Shown here one piece after another: positions 25,196 to 37,658 of a DNA stretch of 64,000 nt. The stretch covers positions 187,334 through 251,333 of the forward strand of contig NW_004798139.1 of the NCBI RefSeq assembly GCF_000002075.1. Reading direction: 5' to 3'. Within the stretch, counting starts at the first letter, position 1. Every line of letters begins with the position of its first letter. Under the pieces are notes generated by a model. That model searched no databases and was not told where the DNA came from. It saw only the letters and a program-made list of their open reading frames with translations. Source of the DNA: Aplysia californica (Eukaryota). A program made the position numbers and the translations under genes.

Positions 25196-26013
25196 CAGTC
25201 AAACCTGTGTAAGACGGCCACCCATTGTCAATGAGAAAAGTGGCCGTATAAGACAGGTGGCCGTCTTAGGCAGGACTGATCTAGATAAAGAAAACAAACC
25301 ATTCCCATCTGAGGTCCCAATCGAAAGTAGCCACAGTATGTTGTCTTTGTTAGTGTTGTTGTTGTTGGTTTGTATTTCGTTTGTAATTTTTATTTTGTCG
25401 CTGATTTTGCACAAGGGGGACAATAAAACTAAATGTATCAGACAAGGAGGACTGAGTGCCATGTTAAAACAAACACATGGGTCGCCACCACTCGGAGAAC
25501 GAGCGACGCTTCTGTCACACGTTCATGTTGACGTCCATTGTTACTTTGTTACAGACTGAGTAAACAGTGACCACTCATCTCACTTACGATTTGTGTATGA
25601 GTTCTGGGCGGGGCTTATGGGTTATGAGGGATCACACGCTTACCTCACCAGCAGCTGAAAATTGGTAGCTATTGGTCAACAGTATGAGGGGCCTACGCAA
25701 AATGATCGGTTGGAGGGACTACCTAACAACAACGACAGGTGATTGAATTATGACGGCTCGCCCACAACGTCAGGGGCCAATGCACAATTTATGACAAAAC
25801 GTAATGGAGTCACTAAGGTGGCCGTCTAAGACAGGTGTTATTGCTTAGTATGATAGGGGTTGTGCGTTAAAATATGGTGGCCGTGGCCGCGTTGGACAGG
25901 TGCCCGTTTTACACAGTTAAATTATATAGAAAAAACGCAAGGGGGGAAATGGAAAGTGGCCGTTTGTACAGGTGGCCGTCTTATAGAGGTGGCCGTCAGG
26001 GCAGGTTCGACTG
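25196..26013. mobile_element. Tigger/pogo-like non-autonomous element
   Basis: TA-CAGTCAAACCTG ... CAGGTTCGACTG-TA, with repeated GTGGCCGT subterminal motifs. Confidence 0.88.
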
Positions 26014-26194
26014 TATATAGAAAACAGAATATAATATTTTCTTAGCCTCTATAGTAACTAAACAATGAAACCAAACCCTAAATTTTGTAAAGACTCTCCA
26101 TATTCAGAAATTACTGATTTTCCCCTTGCTTTACGATCAAACCTGCCCAAAGAAATTTATGTCCCCAAGATGGAAACGTGTCGAATATGTCCCC

Positions 26195-26700
26195 GCTTAG
26201 AAGACAGTGAATCCTTCTGCTATCTTGGGAGTATTATTTTCAAAGAAGGAGGAACAGGTGCTGAAATGAAGTCCTGCATTGGAAAAGCACAGACTAGGCT
26301 GCTTTCATTATATCTATCTTTGAATAGGATTTAGAAGACTAGAGATATCTCACTTTGAACAAAGTTGGGGATCAATTCAAATGTGAAGTCAGTTCTGTTG
26401 TATGGATGTGAGACATGGAACTCATCTCAGACTTGTATAAAGAGGATCCAGATTTTCTTGAACAAGTGTCTAAGAAAGTTACTGAGGATCAGATGGACCG
26501 ACAGGGTCACCAACGAGGAAATGTGAGGAAAACAAAGACAGAGAGATCCCAGCCAGAGATGAGGTAGGATGAAGGCGGTGGCAATGAATTGGAACATATT
26601 CTTAGGAAGTCAGGCATCTGCATAACAAAGAAAGCGCTGGAATGCAATCCATGGGGTAAAAGATCAAGGGGAAGACTTCGTGGAAGCTGGAGAAGGATTC
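26195..26700 (+). mobile_element. Decayed RTE LINE RT C-terminal fragment, continuing at ~28800-28905
   Basis: ESFCYLGSII..GGT..E.KSCIGKA, NSNVKSVLLYGCETW, FLNKCLRKLLRIRWTDRVTNEE; later TWNNIERLAQDRER. Stops and frameshifts present. Confidence 0.85.
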
Positions 26701-27417
26701 TGGCCCCGCATAAAATTGCGTTTTTGAAATACAAAAATTGCAAAAAATTGCAAGGTTAACTGTCTAGAAATGGCAAAAAATTGCAACCTTCCCATCCCAG
26801 GCGCATTATTACGGGCTTAACATTTTTAGTTTAAAAAACATGATAAATTAATTTGAGTACCAGTAGCATTAATATAAAGCAGAACAGCCTTTTAAAAAAT
26901 CATGACCCACAATACAAATTTTATTAACAACACACAAGTACGTTAACAATAAAGTTATCGACCAAATATAATATAATACCGCGTGACCCAAAATAACGGA
27001 ACCCTCGGTATTCGTAATAACTTTTAAATGAAGGCATAAAATTTAACCAAATTTAGTAACTGGGTACTTGGTTCATGCACAGATCTAGAAGTGTAGTATG
27101 AGGTTTAGTTTATTCAATAAAAAAGAAAAGAAATTATGGGTGATTCGAACAAGCAAAATTAGCTTATGCCCCAATCAATTCAGATCCTATTCTATTTTTC
27201 TCTTGATACTTTCGATACACCACAGTAATCTGTATTTAGGTATATTTCAGATATTTTCTTTTTTAAAACCAGTATGGTATTGTTTTAACTCCAAGTCAAA
27301 CCGTAAAATACAGCAATTTTTTTTCTCCATTTAATTGTAATACATGTAATAATGTAGATCATTTCTATAGCGACCACTCGTGTGTGAACGCAGCTTAAGG
27401 CGTTTTACATTTATTGA

Positions 27418-27895
27418 GTGTCTACGTACACGGTAACCGGGCACCTAGTCTAGCGTCAGTGTCTACGTACACGGTAACCGGCAACCGGGCACGTAGTTTC
27501 AGTGTCGTCACGTACACGGTAACCGGGCAGTTCAGAACTCCAAGTTCAGTTTTTATCATCCGGTGTTGCCTTCAACCCCAGCCATCTCCTGACTGTACCT
27601 TTTTAAAAAAATCAACAATCCCCCATTCCAGAACCCTAGCCTATATACTTCGCAGCGCACAGACTTTGAATGAACTTTGGTGACCCCAACCGGTACTCAC
27701 AATGTGATGCGAAAGCACAGGTTCACTGACCAGTCACGATGGCAAACCCGACAAGACGCTTGTACAAGTACAAGTATGACTTTCTTTTTTTTTTCAACAA
27801 GTGACGGCACTGGACAAATATTGATTTATTTTCATTCCGGTTACCGTGCATGTAAATACTGAGACTAGGTGCCCGGCTACCGTGTATGTAGACAC
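27418..27895. mobile_element. MITE with long TIRs (possibly Harbinger-like)
   Basis: GTGTCTACGTACACGGTAACCGGGCACCTAGTCT matches the reverse complement of 27862-27895 with 2 mismatches. Internal repeats of TACACGGTAACCGG. Confidence 0.85.
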
Positions 27896-28120
27896 ATGCA
27901 TCATGTACGAACAATATTCGCGCGCGCGCACGCACGCACACACACACACACCTTACATGCGCACACACATGCACACCACACACACACCTACTTTCTTATC
28001 ACACGCGCACGCTCAATCTTACGCACATTAGATCTCTATGTCTCAGTTTGTGTTGTACCTGTATTCCGGCCTAAATTTCCAGTTATAGCTTTCAGAGTAC
28101 GCCCAGTAGTAGACTAGAGC

Positions 28121-28578
28121 GACCGAAAAAAAATTTTCTCTAAAATTGTCTCCCTTCACCTCCTTTCCTGCTCTCTAGCAATACTCTGGCGTCTGCTTTC
28201 GTCTCCTCTTTCTGCCCCCACCCCCTCACCTCCTTTGCCCCCCTCCTCTGGGCTCCTGACTCTTTCTGCAGCCTTTATACTGCTACTCCTTGACTCCTTC
28301 TTACAGCTGTCTTTCTGCCACACCCCTGATCTTCTGGTAGGAAAGATCTACACCTATAGCCTTCTCGGACAAGGGGGAAAAATCTCGGAGGGCCCATGTG
28401 CAAGTTGCGCACGTTAAAGATCCCTTGGTGGTCTAAAATCGATAAGAGTAGGCTTCGGCCGCCACACGGGCAAAATTCTAAATTTCCTACCAACTAAAAG
28501 TATTAGCTGTGTCCCGCACGCTCATATGACCTTATGCAGTTGTGAGCGCTGTAAAACACTTACCAAAAGAAAAAAAAA
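28121..28578 (+). mobile_element. 5'-truncated SINE with A-rich tail and 10-bp TSD
   Basis: TSD AGACTAGAGC at 28111-28120 and 28579-28588. A-rich tail. Homologous to 8148-8510. Confidence 0.9.
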
Positions 28579-29404
28579 AGACTAGAGCTGGGGCGAAACC
28601 ATGATTTAAGTAGGCCTATCGGCTCTGTACTCGCACCATTTTGAATTTAAAATTCCGTTAAAATTAAAGCGTTGATGTTATTTTGCCTAAAATTGCAAGA
28701 AATTGCGAAAACTGCAAAAAATTGCGGCTTTAATCCGGAACTCGACGAAAAACGTAGCCGCAAGACCGCACTTTCCTGGGGGGCCAGAGAATTACAAAAA
28801 TTGATAGAGGTACAGAAAAGTGAGAAGACATGGAATAACATCGAGAGGCTAGCCCAGGATAGAGAAAGGTTGAAAGTGTTTGTCCGTGGCCAATATACCC
28901 TGGCGCAGGGTGACAAAGGCAATGATAATCTCCCTGCTTCCCCCATGATGAATTCATATAGATAGGCCTATATCTACAATATAGTACCTGTCTAAGATGG
29001 AAACCTTCACAACCCAAAACAGCCCAGTTCTAAGAGAGTCGTTCTGGTAGACAGAGAAGGGGTGGACTCCTAAACATTTATCCGATCCTTAGAAAAGGGG
29101 TAAACGTCCATCTTCTTCAAGGCTGGCAGGTCCTGAGACTTAGATGGCCACACTTCAAAAACTGAAGGATGTGCTTCTTACATTTCGAATTCTTAGTTAT
29201 AGTTAAAAGTGCAATATATTCCTATGCTCTGCTGAGAAGGTGGGCCGCTCCTGTAAAAAAGAAAAATGACCTTTGAATTTCAGAAGGCTCTTGTGAATCT
29301 TAAAGGGAATCATTTTAGGGATTGTTTGTTGCAATGATATAACATACTCTCAGCAAAAAAGTGAAATGGCTTTAAATAAAACTAATTAGGATCCTTACTC
29401 TCTC

Positions 29405-29585
29405 ACTGTTTGTTATTCACAGCCTGAAGTCTGGTATCTATGTCTATCATACCCTTGGCCGTCTTGCTCAACTTTTCTTTTGATCTGTACAGCTTCTCCT
29501 GTAGTGTCAATGTGGTTGGCCACATTTCCTGTCTCAGAAACCCTGTGTGTCCTGCATTGCTGAAGGATGTGTTCCACATTGTCAA
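29405..29585 (-). mobile_element. Extreme 3' fragment of the I/Ingi-like LINE
   Basis: VEHILQQCRTH and LRQEMWPTTLTLQEKLY match 5240-5380 (LRQKMWPTPLTLQEKLY). Confidence 0.8.
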
Positions 29586-29699
29586 AAATAATACTGATGT
29601 TGGGTTTTTTTCGTTTTAATTTGTGTGCAATCATTATTTTAAAGTTATAATTTTATATTTGTTGTTTTCCTTTTTTCAGTGTAAGTTATTGTTGTCCTG

Positions 29700-32121
29700 A
29701 TGAACAAGATGTTGTCGAATCGGACGTATGTCATCGGTGTGGGGATGACACGGTTTTTTAAACCTCTCACCAGAGAATGGGACTATCCTGATATGGCCAG
29801 GGAGTCAGGTTGGTACGTGTAGTTGAAGTTGTGCCAAAGTTTTATTCAAGTCCTTTTGGATGGAATAGATTATGTGTCATCATTCCTCTTTGTAACAGCA
29901 GGCAAGGATACTAGACAGTATTGATTATTCCAACTGGAAAAAATACAATGGTGTTCACAATGAGTTTCCTCTGTAAAATTTGGTGCAAGGCTAGATCACC
30001 TGCCTCAAGTGATTTTCTGTGGCAAAATACAGGGTGATTAAAAAAAAAAAACGCCAAAATCATCACGCGATATTTTAAGAACAAAAAAAACAAACAAAAA
30101 ACAATAGAAGACTGTAGCTTGGACACATGTGTTGTACAAACCTTCAAGTTTTTATTTCCTTGTTTTGCAAGTGCTCAATGCAGCACGGACAGCATCAAGA
30201 CGATATGAGAGTTCCTCCCAAACCCACCTTAGAATGTCTCAGGCCACTGTGTTGATTGTAGCTGTTATTCGATTGTTCTTGCCACCAATATTTGCTTTCT
30301 TTAACATATTTCCACACAAAAAATCACACACAGTGAGGTCCGGAGATCTGGCAGGCCAACTGCAGAGAGCGAGTTCTTTAGCCTACTAACCTACCACTAA
30401 GGCACATTTTCATTCAGTTAAGCAATGTGTACAACACATGTGCCCAAGCTGGAGTTTTCTGTTGGTTTTCATTTTAAAAATATCAGGTGATGGTTTTGGT
30501 GTATTCGTTTTTAATCGCCCTGCATTTCAGAATGAGTTAGAGCTAAGATTTCTATCATCATATAATGTACCTAAAGTAACAAATTGCTTTTAATATTGTG
30601 CTGCTTCTGTAATGAAGTCCGTTGTCATGCCCCAGGTCAAGCTGCTTTGGCAGATGCTGGCATCAGCTACAAGGACGTCCAGGCGGTTGTTGCCAGCTAC
30701 TGCTACGGAGAGCCAACGAGCGGCCAGAGAGCTGTCTATGAGTTGGGCCTAACTGGCGTGCCTGTGTTCAATGTCAACAACAACTGCTCTTCTGGTTCAA
30801 CTGCACTGATGATGGCTCGACGTCTTGTCATGAGCGGGATAGAAGACTGTGTCCTTGCTCTAGGTCAGTTTATAAGCAGGCCCATCTTTCTTCTGAAATT
30901 TCTGCCTTTTTAAAATTTTTAATAGTTCATCTTTCATTGGGAATTTTAATTTAAATATTATTATTATCTACTGATTCTCTTCTCTGTGACAATGGGATAA
31001 ACTGGTCTGAGTAAGTTAATACAGTATAATACGGATAACTCAAATTCGTAGGTAGTTTGAGGGATCCGTAGTTTTAGGGATACGTGAACAGTGTTATGGC
31101 ATCGACTGTCTCAAAGAATCAAGGGAAGCAACGAAGATTAGGTCGGAATAGAGATTTTTCTTTTTTTGGCCATTGTCCTGGATCAGATAGGTTAGATCTG
31201 TGCCTATTGACTTGAATTTGAAATTTGAGAGAATTTGAAATTGACTGATTGAGAATGAGAAACATGATGAGCAAAGCTTTGGAGTTCAATCGGTAATGAG
31301 CCTACCCGTACCAAGACAGTTTCATTGCGCAGGTCAATGTGAGTGGTCTTTAGTCTGCATCAATCGAACTGTGCCTTTTCAAAATTTTCAAAACATAAAA
31401 CAATTTGACAAGATAAACATATCGTAGCAGTAATCAACAACGTGATAATGAAACAATGCAGCACTACTCCGCCTCTCCCACCAAGCGTGCAGTCTTTTTC
31501 AAAGAGGAGTGGGGCGGCTAATCGTGTGATGCACACCCCTTCTCTCGCCTGCTCCACACAAGTCTAGCTAGGTCTAGGAACGAGGCCCCCGCAGAGGGCA
31601 CGCGTGTCGAGCAGTGCGCTAAAAATACCCCACAGCTTGCTGCTTCTGTGGACGGGGAGTATTTCACCAACCTTGCCTTTTTCCATTTTTTGAAATTGTT
31701 AGGCCTATTATTATTTTGCTTCAAGTGCACCTCCAAGGACATTGACTTTAGACCTTTACGGCAGCGTAATTAGTTCGACTATTCCGTGTTTGTATTCAAG
31801 CTTCGCGTAATTTTCTTACAAAGGGGAAAAAATGAAACCGCAGACACAGTTCGACGGATGCGTGATTTCGAGTAGTCTGTGTTCGACCTATCCAGGTTAT
31901 ACTGTATTCAGCCTTCTGAGTCATGGGCAGTTTCAATACAGTTGATTTAATGAAAAGATATGACTAATAAAATGATGGGACTTGCTTCTAAGGTTTTGTA
32001 GGGAGTTTATCCTCACTTGTCAGTGTTGTTGAAAAATTTTGTAACGCAGAAAAAGAAGAGAAAGACAAATGTGTGTGCCTTCACACACATACACCCTTAC
32101 TTACACTCAAACATACACACA

Positions 32122-32165
<44 letters not shown>

Positions 32166-35100
32166 AATGCGTGCGCACGCATATGGGCGCACATGTTACA
32201 AGACCAGAAAACTGGCTGTTAACATGATAATGGTATTAAATGAAGATGAGGCACGCGCGTGGGCAGAGGGGGGCAGAATTTTATTTTATTGTTTAGAACA
32301 ATAAATTAAATGTGTTTTTTTGTTTAAGGTTTGAGAAGTTTATAGAGTAAAACACTGTCATGAATGTTTTCTGTTCAGGGTTTGAGAAGATGGAAGGTGG
32401 ACTGTCAGAAAAATATACCGACCGCACATCTCCCGTCAAGAAACACATGGACCACATGGTCGATCTCGGTGCTAAGCCTGGCCTGATAAGTCCCAACATG
32501 AACGACATGACTTCAGACGTCATCAAACTGTTTGCGTACGCTGCCCAGGAGTACATGAAGAAATACCCGAAAGGTGCGCAAGAAGCTTTGGTGCAGATCG
32601 CCTACAAGAACAGAAAACAGGGTGTGAACAACCCGAGAGCATCTTTCCAGGTATATGATAGTAGTCAGAGCTGTTAAAGTACTTTTAAAAAGGTACTTAA
32701 GTACAAATTTAAGTACAATCTAAAATATATACTTAAGTACAGTAAAAGTACTTTCCTGTAAAATGTACTTGAGTACAAGTACTTTTTTAAAAAGTACTTA
32801 TGAGTACATTTTGAGTACTTTCTGCTAATATGCTAAAACACTTCAAAATGCAAAACATCATATTGAATAACATATCTAGTATATTTGACAAATTCGGCCA
32901 TTTATTACTAATAATGTAAACAGTATACAAAGCATTTGAATATACGCACTGAACGTAGGTGGAAATTGTCAGTGAAATTGAAAAAAAAAACCCAGCAAAC
33001 AAACAGACGCAACTAGTGAGTAAGTGATATTATGAATAGAATTTGTTTGAGCAAGACAATATGATCTAATGTAAGTCAGTCCTAGGGGTCGGAAAGAACT
33101 TTTTTCCTCAAATAAGCGCCCCTGGTTTATATATTTATACATGTAAGCGGCAGCAGATTCGGGAGTCTCAAAAGTACTCACCCATCTGTTGGACGGAGTT
33201 TCTTTGGCGTACGCTAAAGTGTGGCATTGAGGAAAATATGTAAACTTTTTAATGTTTTAAGTGTATGCTAAGAATAAACAAGGTAATGACACTCCTGAAA
33301 TCGGGAAAATCTGCAAATAAGCCGCATCATTGTTTAAGTTGCAGGGTTTCAAGCCGAAGAAAAAAGTCGCTGCTTATAGCCCGTAATTTATGGTACTCTT
33401 TTTTTTCAATACTTTCAGCTGTATAATTTAATTCTCATAATACATACAAAACCAATGAATTAAAAAGTTAACAAACAAATAAATTAATAAATAAACATAC
33501 TAAATTATTCCTTATTTCAGAAAGAGATGGATATGAAGACAATTGCCACCAAAGCCATGCTGTGCCCACCTATCACGTTTGGTATGACAGCTGCTACAGC
33601 AGATGGGAGCGCAGCCGTTATTGTGTGCAGTGAGAACTTTGTGAAAAAACATAAGCTACAGGACAGGGCAGTGGAGATCTTAGCACAGAATATGGTATGA
33701 TGGAAGATGTATGTAAAAAAAAAAAAAAAAAATTACGCTTTTTATTTGTCCCGAAAGGGCACTTTGTTTTACAATGGCAAACATACATTTACGTATATAA
33801 ATACATAATAATGAATACGTACATACATAAATACATGCAGAAATACACACATGAATACACAATACTACACAAATACAAAATAGTTTACACACATGCCACT
33901 GTCGGTTGCCACTGGGCAGCGCCCTGTATTTTGAGCTAGGGTTGTCGTGTCTTGCTCAAGGACACACCCCAGTGACCACCCATCTGATCCCCGTATCACC
34001 GACACTTGCTTGACATTACTTGAGTCAAAACTCACTACTTACTTAGCCTCTGTTTGTGTGATAAGTGAATATGTGTGTGTGTGTGTATTTTTATGTTGGT
34101 TAGTGTCTGTGTTCATATCTGTGTGGATGAATAAGTGTATTTGTGCTTGTGAGTGAGTGTGTGTGTTTGTTTGTGTGTGTGTGTGTGTGTTTATTTTATT
34201 GTTTATATTAACAATTTTGTAAAACATCATAGACTGCAGTAAAACAGTTGTGATCCTTATTTCGAGTAGGCTACAGTGCCATAATACATTTATTCTACCT
34301 TAGTGTGTGTGTTTGTTGTATGCGGTGAGTCAATAATAGTTTGTCAAAAAAAATTAATATGTGGAATAACAACCCATTCTTCAAGACAGAGTAACAGAGA
34401 TTGTGACATTGTCTAATGCAGTGTGTGTTTGTTAGTGTGTGTTTGTTTTTGTTACATATTAATGTCTCTGGATTATTTTCCCTAGAGGCTTCTTTTCATG
34501 AACTTAAATTCATGCACAATGCTTGAGGAAGCAGTTCTTTACAGGGAAGGGGAAAGGCAGGGGGGGGGGGTGCTGCTAGATTGGAGAGAGAGATATAGAA
34601 AAGTAGAGAGATGGCGAAAGAGAGAGAGTGTCTTGGGTAGAGATCAGTGATTGTCAGTTATTTGCATTTGATTTTTTGTTCTAAGAGAGCATTGATAAGT
34701 GAAAAAAAATTATGACATATCCGCTGAAGTCTTTTAGATGATTTCAAACTACAACATTTCAGGTCACAGATCTACCAAATTCATTTGAGCGATCGTTCAT
34801 GGATTTGAGTGGTTATTCCATGGCAAGAGAGGCTGCCAAGAAGTGTTTTAACGAAACAAAATTGTGTCCCAAAGATGTTGATGTATTTGAGGTAAGAGAT
34901 ACATTAGTTGTAAAGTTTGGATATATTGGATTTCATTGTAAGCATGGGGAATTTTTAAAAATATTTGTATCATTCACTTCATGGTGTTTGGTTTTAGTTC
35001 TTAGAGCAAAGAAATAAGAACTGCCATTACGAAAATGAATAAACTCTGATTTTGTTGTTATGTCTGTTTTCGCTATTTTATTCATGCAAATATGGCATCA

Positions 35101-37658
35101 AGAAATTGAAATGTAACTAAGATTATAACTAAAAAGCAGTATCTTGTTGTTTTGAGGGCAAGGGAATAATAGATTTTCTCTTCTTGGTTGTGTCGTGTTG
35201 TTAATCATCAAGTGTTACATTAATAATAATAATAATGATGATATATGACATCTATATTGCGCTCGAGCGCTTTACAAATACAATAACGCATAAATTTGTT
35301 TGCCTTGTTCCCCAGGTCCACGACTGTTTTTCCTGCAATGAGCTCTTCATGTATGAGGCTCTAGGACTGTGTCCTGAGGGGACTGGTGTGTCTTTGGTGG
35401 AAAATTCTGAGTGGAAAACCAATAGGAATGGTGGAGAGTTATTGTACTTGGACAAGAAATGGGTTGTCAACCCTTCTGGAGGTCTGGAGTCAAAAGGCCA
35501 CCCAATAGGAGCATCAGGTATTATTACCAGAATCATTACATTTTAGTGGGGTAAAAATAGCTTCAGGAGTAGTTGGCATCTTCACATATTATGGAAGCTA
35601 GAGTTTCATTTTTTTTTAAAATTTTAATTAGGGTTGTTTTTGTTGTGTTTTTTTTTGGGGGGGGGAGATGTTAGTATTTCTTCGTGGGAATCTGTGCAAG
35701 TAGCCTCACAGTTGCATGCAAAAGATGTAAGTTTAATTCCTAAGGAGAGAAGTTTTTTAATTGAGTCTCCAGTTGTCTGCTTTGATGTTGTACTCCACTG
35801 TGTCTGGGATGGTTCTGACATGTTGGATTGAAATAACTTGTCTCTTTTTTGTTTTTAATTGTGTTAATGGAGACCAAAATCGTTCACTGTTACAGTCGAA
35901 CCTACCTTAACGAAAACCTGTATGAAAGAGAAACCTCTCTTAACAGAATCTCCCCGCTCCCTCCTTGATATACTCCTCTTTAATTACCTGTATAAAACCG
36001 GAAACCTGTCCAACGCGGAAACGGAAAGAAAAATCCGCACCCTTCCAAGGATTTTACCTATCTAAGACGGAAAATGCTTTGCCCGTTCAGTCCTGATTTG
36101 AAACAAAACTCGCAAGTTTGGTTCCGTCCGCCGGCTCTAAACTTAACGCTATGCTGCCGGGCGAGGAAGGGGAGTATGGGTGCATTTTGAGGGTAGATGT
36201 TACCCCATCTATGAGCCTTGAGCGATGAAGATGGTCAGGGTGGTGTAGGTGTGAAATCTCACGAGTGCCAGTAAAAGTGGCGCTCTAGCACGGAAACTTT
36301 CTTTGGTAGCCAGAGGCCAGAGGTGTGAAATTAGTTTGACCAATGCCTGCTGCCCTGATCATACAACCAGCGAAGAAAAGAGTTCCTCAAATCGTTGTTA
36401 TGGCAGTGAGGGGTGGCATTGGTTGACTGTGCTTATTACACTGATGGGTGGAGCTAAGGGTGAAAGCAAAGAAGATGTTCAAATGTTTCTGTTTTTAGTA
36501 GGTCAAACAGTGGTCCTATGAAATGCAAGCACTTGTGGTAATTGGATAAATAAGAATGATGCATGTCATTATCAGAGAGGATAGCAGTGCCGACTGGACA
36601 AGCGACCCTTGATCCCACCAGCTGAGCCTTTGAAACACACCCCCCCCCCTACTATCTCCCCACTAAATTCCCCTGTCTAAGACGTAATTTTTTTCTGGCT
36701 CCCTTGCGATTCCGTCTTACACAGGTTCAACTGTATTTAGTAAATTGTTTTTTCAAAATAATTTCAGCAGGAATTTGATCACCGTAAATTTTTTGTATGG
36801 TATTCAGGAAATATTTTTTGTTTTAAGTGTAGCCTGCTGAGAAGCTTTACTAGTCTGTTAAGTTTCTTTTAAAATGGCTTTGTGCTTGGATTTGGCCAAT
36901 GGACGTTATGTTTGTTTGAAATTTTTTCTGTCAACTGCTCTCAGATTCATTTGTACCAGTATGGAAAATTTGATCTATTTTTCAGTGGTTTGCATTTATT
37001 TAGGCTTGGGTTTTTGTAGATTTCCTTCAACTTATACTTTGTTGAACTTCCCAATGAGGATGAAACTTGTCTAATGTAATTTTGTTTGTCTCGTCCTTTT
37101 TTTTCCCCAACTTATCATTCCTCAGATATAAATGAATTTGATAGCAGCTAATGCATTGGATGGAAAAATGCAAAACAGATACAATAAAGTTACAGTAATC
37201 AAACCCCCTCCCCTCAATTCTTTTTTTCCGTACTATCCTTTCTCTCAAGTCTTATCCTGTGTTGGTTTATATCATCCAAAGTTTTCATCTTTTGTTTTCC
37301 CACGGGTTTTATCTTATTTCATCTTGTCTTCTCATTTATTTTCTCTCCTCTTTGATTTGTCTGTTTTCCGTTCTCAAGGTTTATCTCACCTTTGTTTTTT
37401 CTCATTGTTTTTAATCTCACCTTTGCTTTACCTAATCTTTTTTCCTAAGTTTTAAATCATCTTTACTTTATTTTTATATGATTGCTGTTCCCAGGTCTGG
37501 GCCAGTGTGCGGAGCTGGTATGGCAGTTGCGAGGAGAGGCAGACAAAAGACAGGTGGAGGGTGCTAAGGTCGCCATGCAACACAACTTTGGCATTGGGGG
37601 AGCTGCTGTTGTCACCATGTATGGAAAAGCCGATCAAAAGTTGCTCTCCAGGATTTGA
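29700..37658 (+). CDS. SCPx-type (SCP2-thiolase type-1) peroxisomal 3-ketoacyl-CoA thiolase lacking the SCP2 domain, ~425 aa, 7 coding exons
   Basis: Exons 29700-29808, 30636-30863, 32379-32650, 33521-33694, 34763-34891, 35316-35517, 37495-37658; 1278 nt, GT-AG. An in-frame TAA lies 18 nt before the ATG and an acceptor at 29679 implies a 5'UTR intron. Motifs: [20 protein letters not shown] (nucleophile Cys), [41 protein letters not shown]-terminal SRI. Confidence 0.95.
31022..31904. mobile_element. Tigger/pogo-like non-autonomous element
   Basis: TA-CAGTATAATACGGATA ... TATCCAGGTTATACTG-TA. Confidence 0.8.
32115..32165. repeat. (CA)n microsatellite
   Basis: CA run in thiolase coding intron 2. 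Confidence 0.9.
32666..33188. mobile_element. Decayed hAT-like MITE with AAGTAC/AGTACT arrays
   Basis: CAG..AGTACT start and AGTACTCACCCATCTG end. More than 10 AGTAC repeats in 32675-32820. No clear TSD. Confidence 0.5.
35893..36733. mobile_element. Tigger/pogo-like non-autonomous element
   Basis: TA-CAGTCGAACCT ... AGGTTCAACTG-TA. Confidence 0.82.

Larger units (their letters stand above)
26702..28784. mobile_element. TIR-bounded DNA element inserted in the RTE fragment and carrying nested insertions
   Basis: Left end (attc)tggccccgcataaaattgcg versus right-end reverse complement (attctc)tggcccccaggaaagtgcg. aaaattgc subterminal repeats at both ends. Confidence 0.55.

Noticed and set aside
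27418-27530. TACACGGTAACCGG direct repeats as a regulatory array or CRISPR
   Set aside because: They are subterminal repeats of a TIR element, mirrored at 27837-27895.
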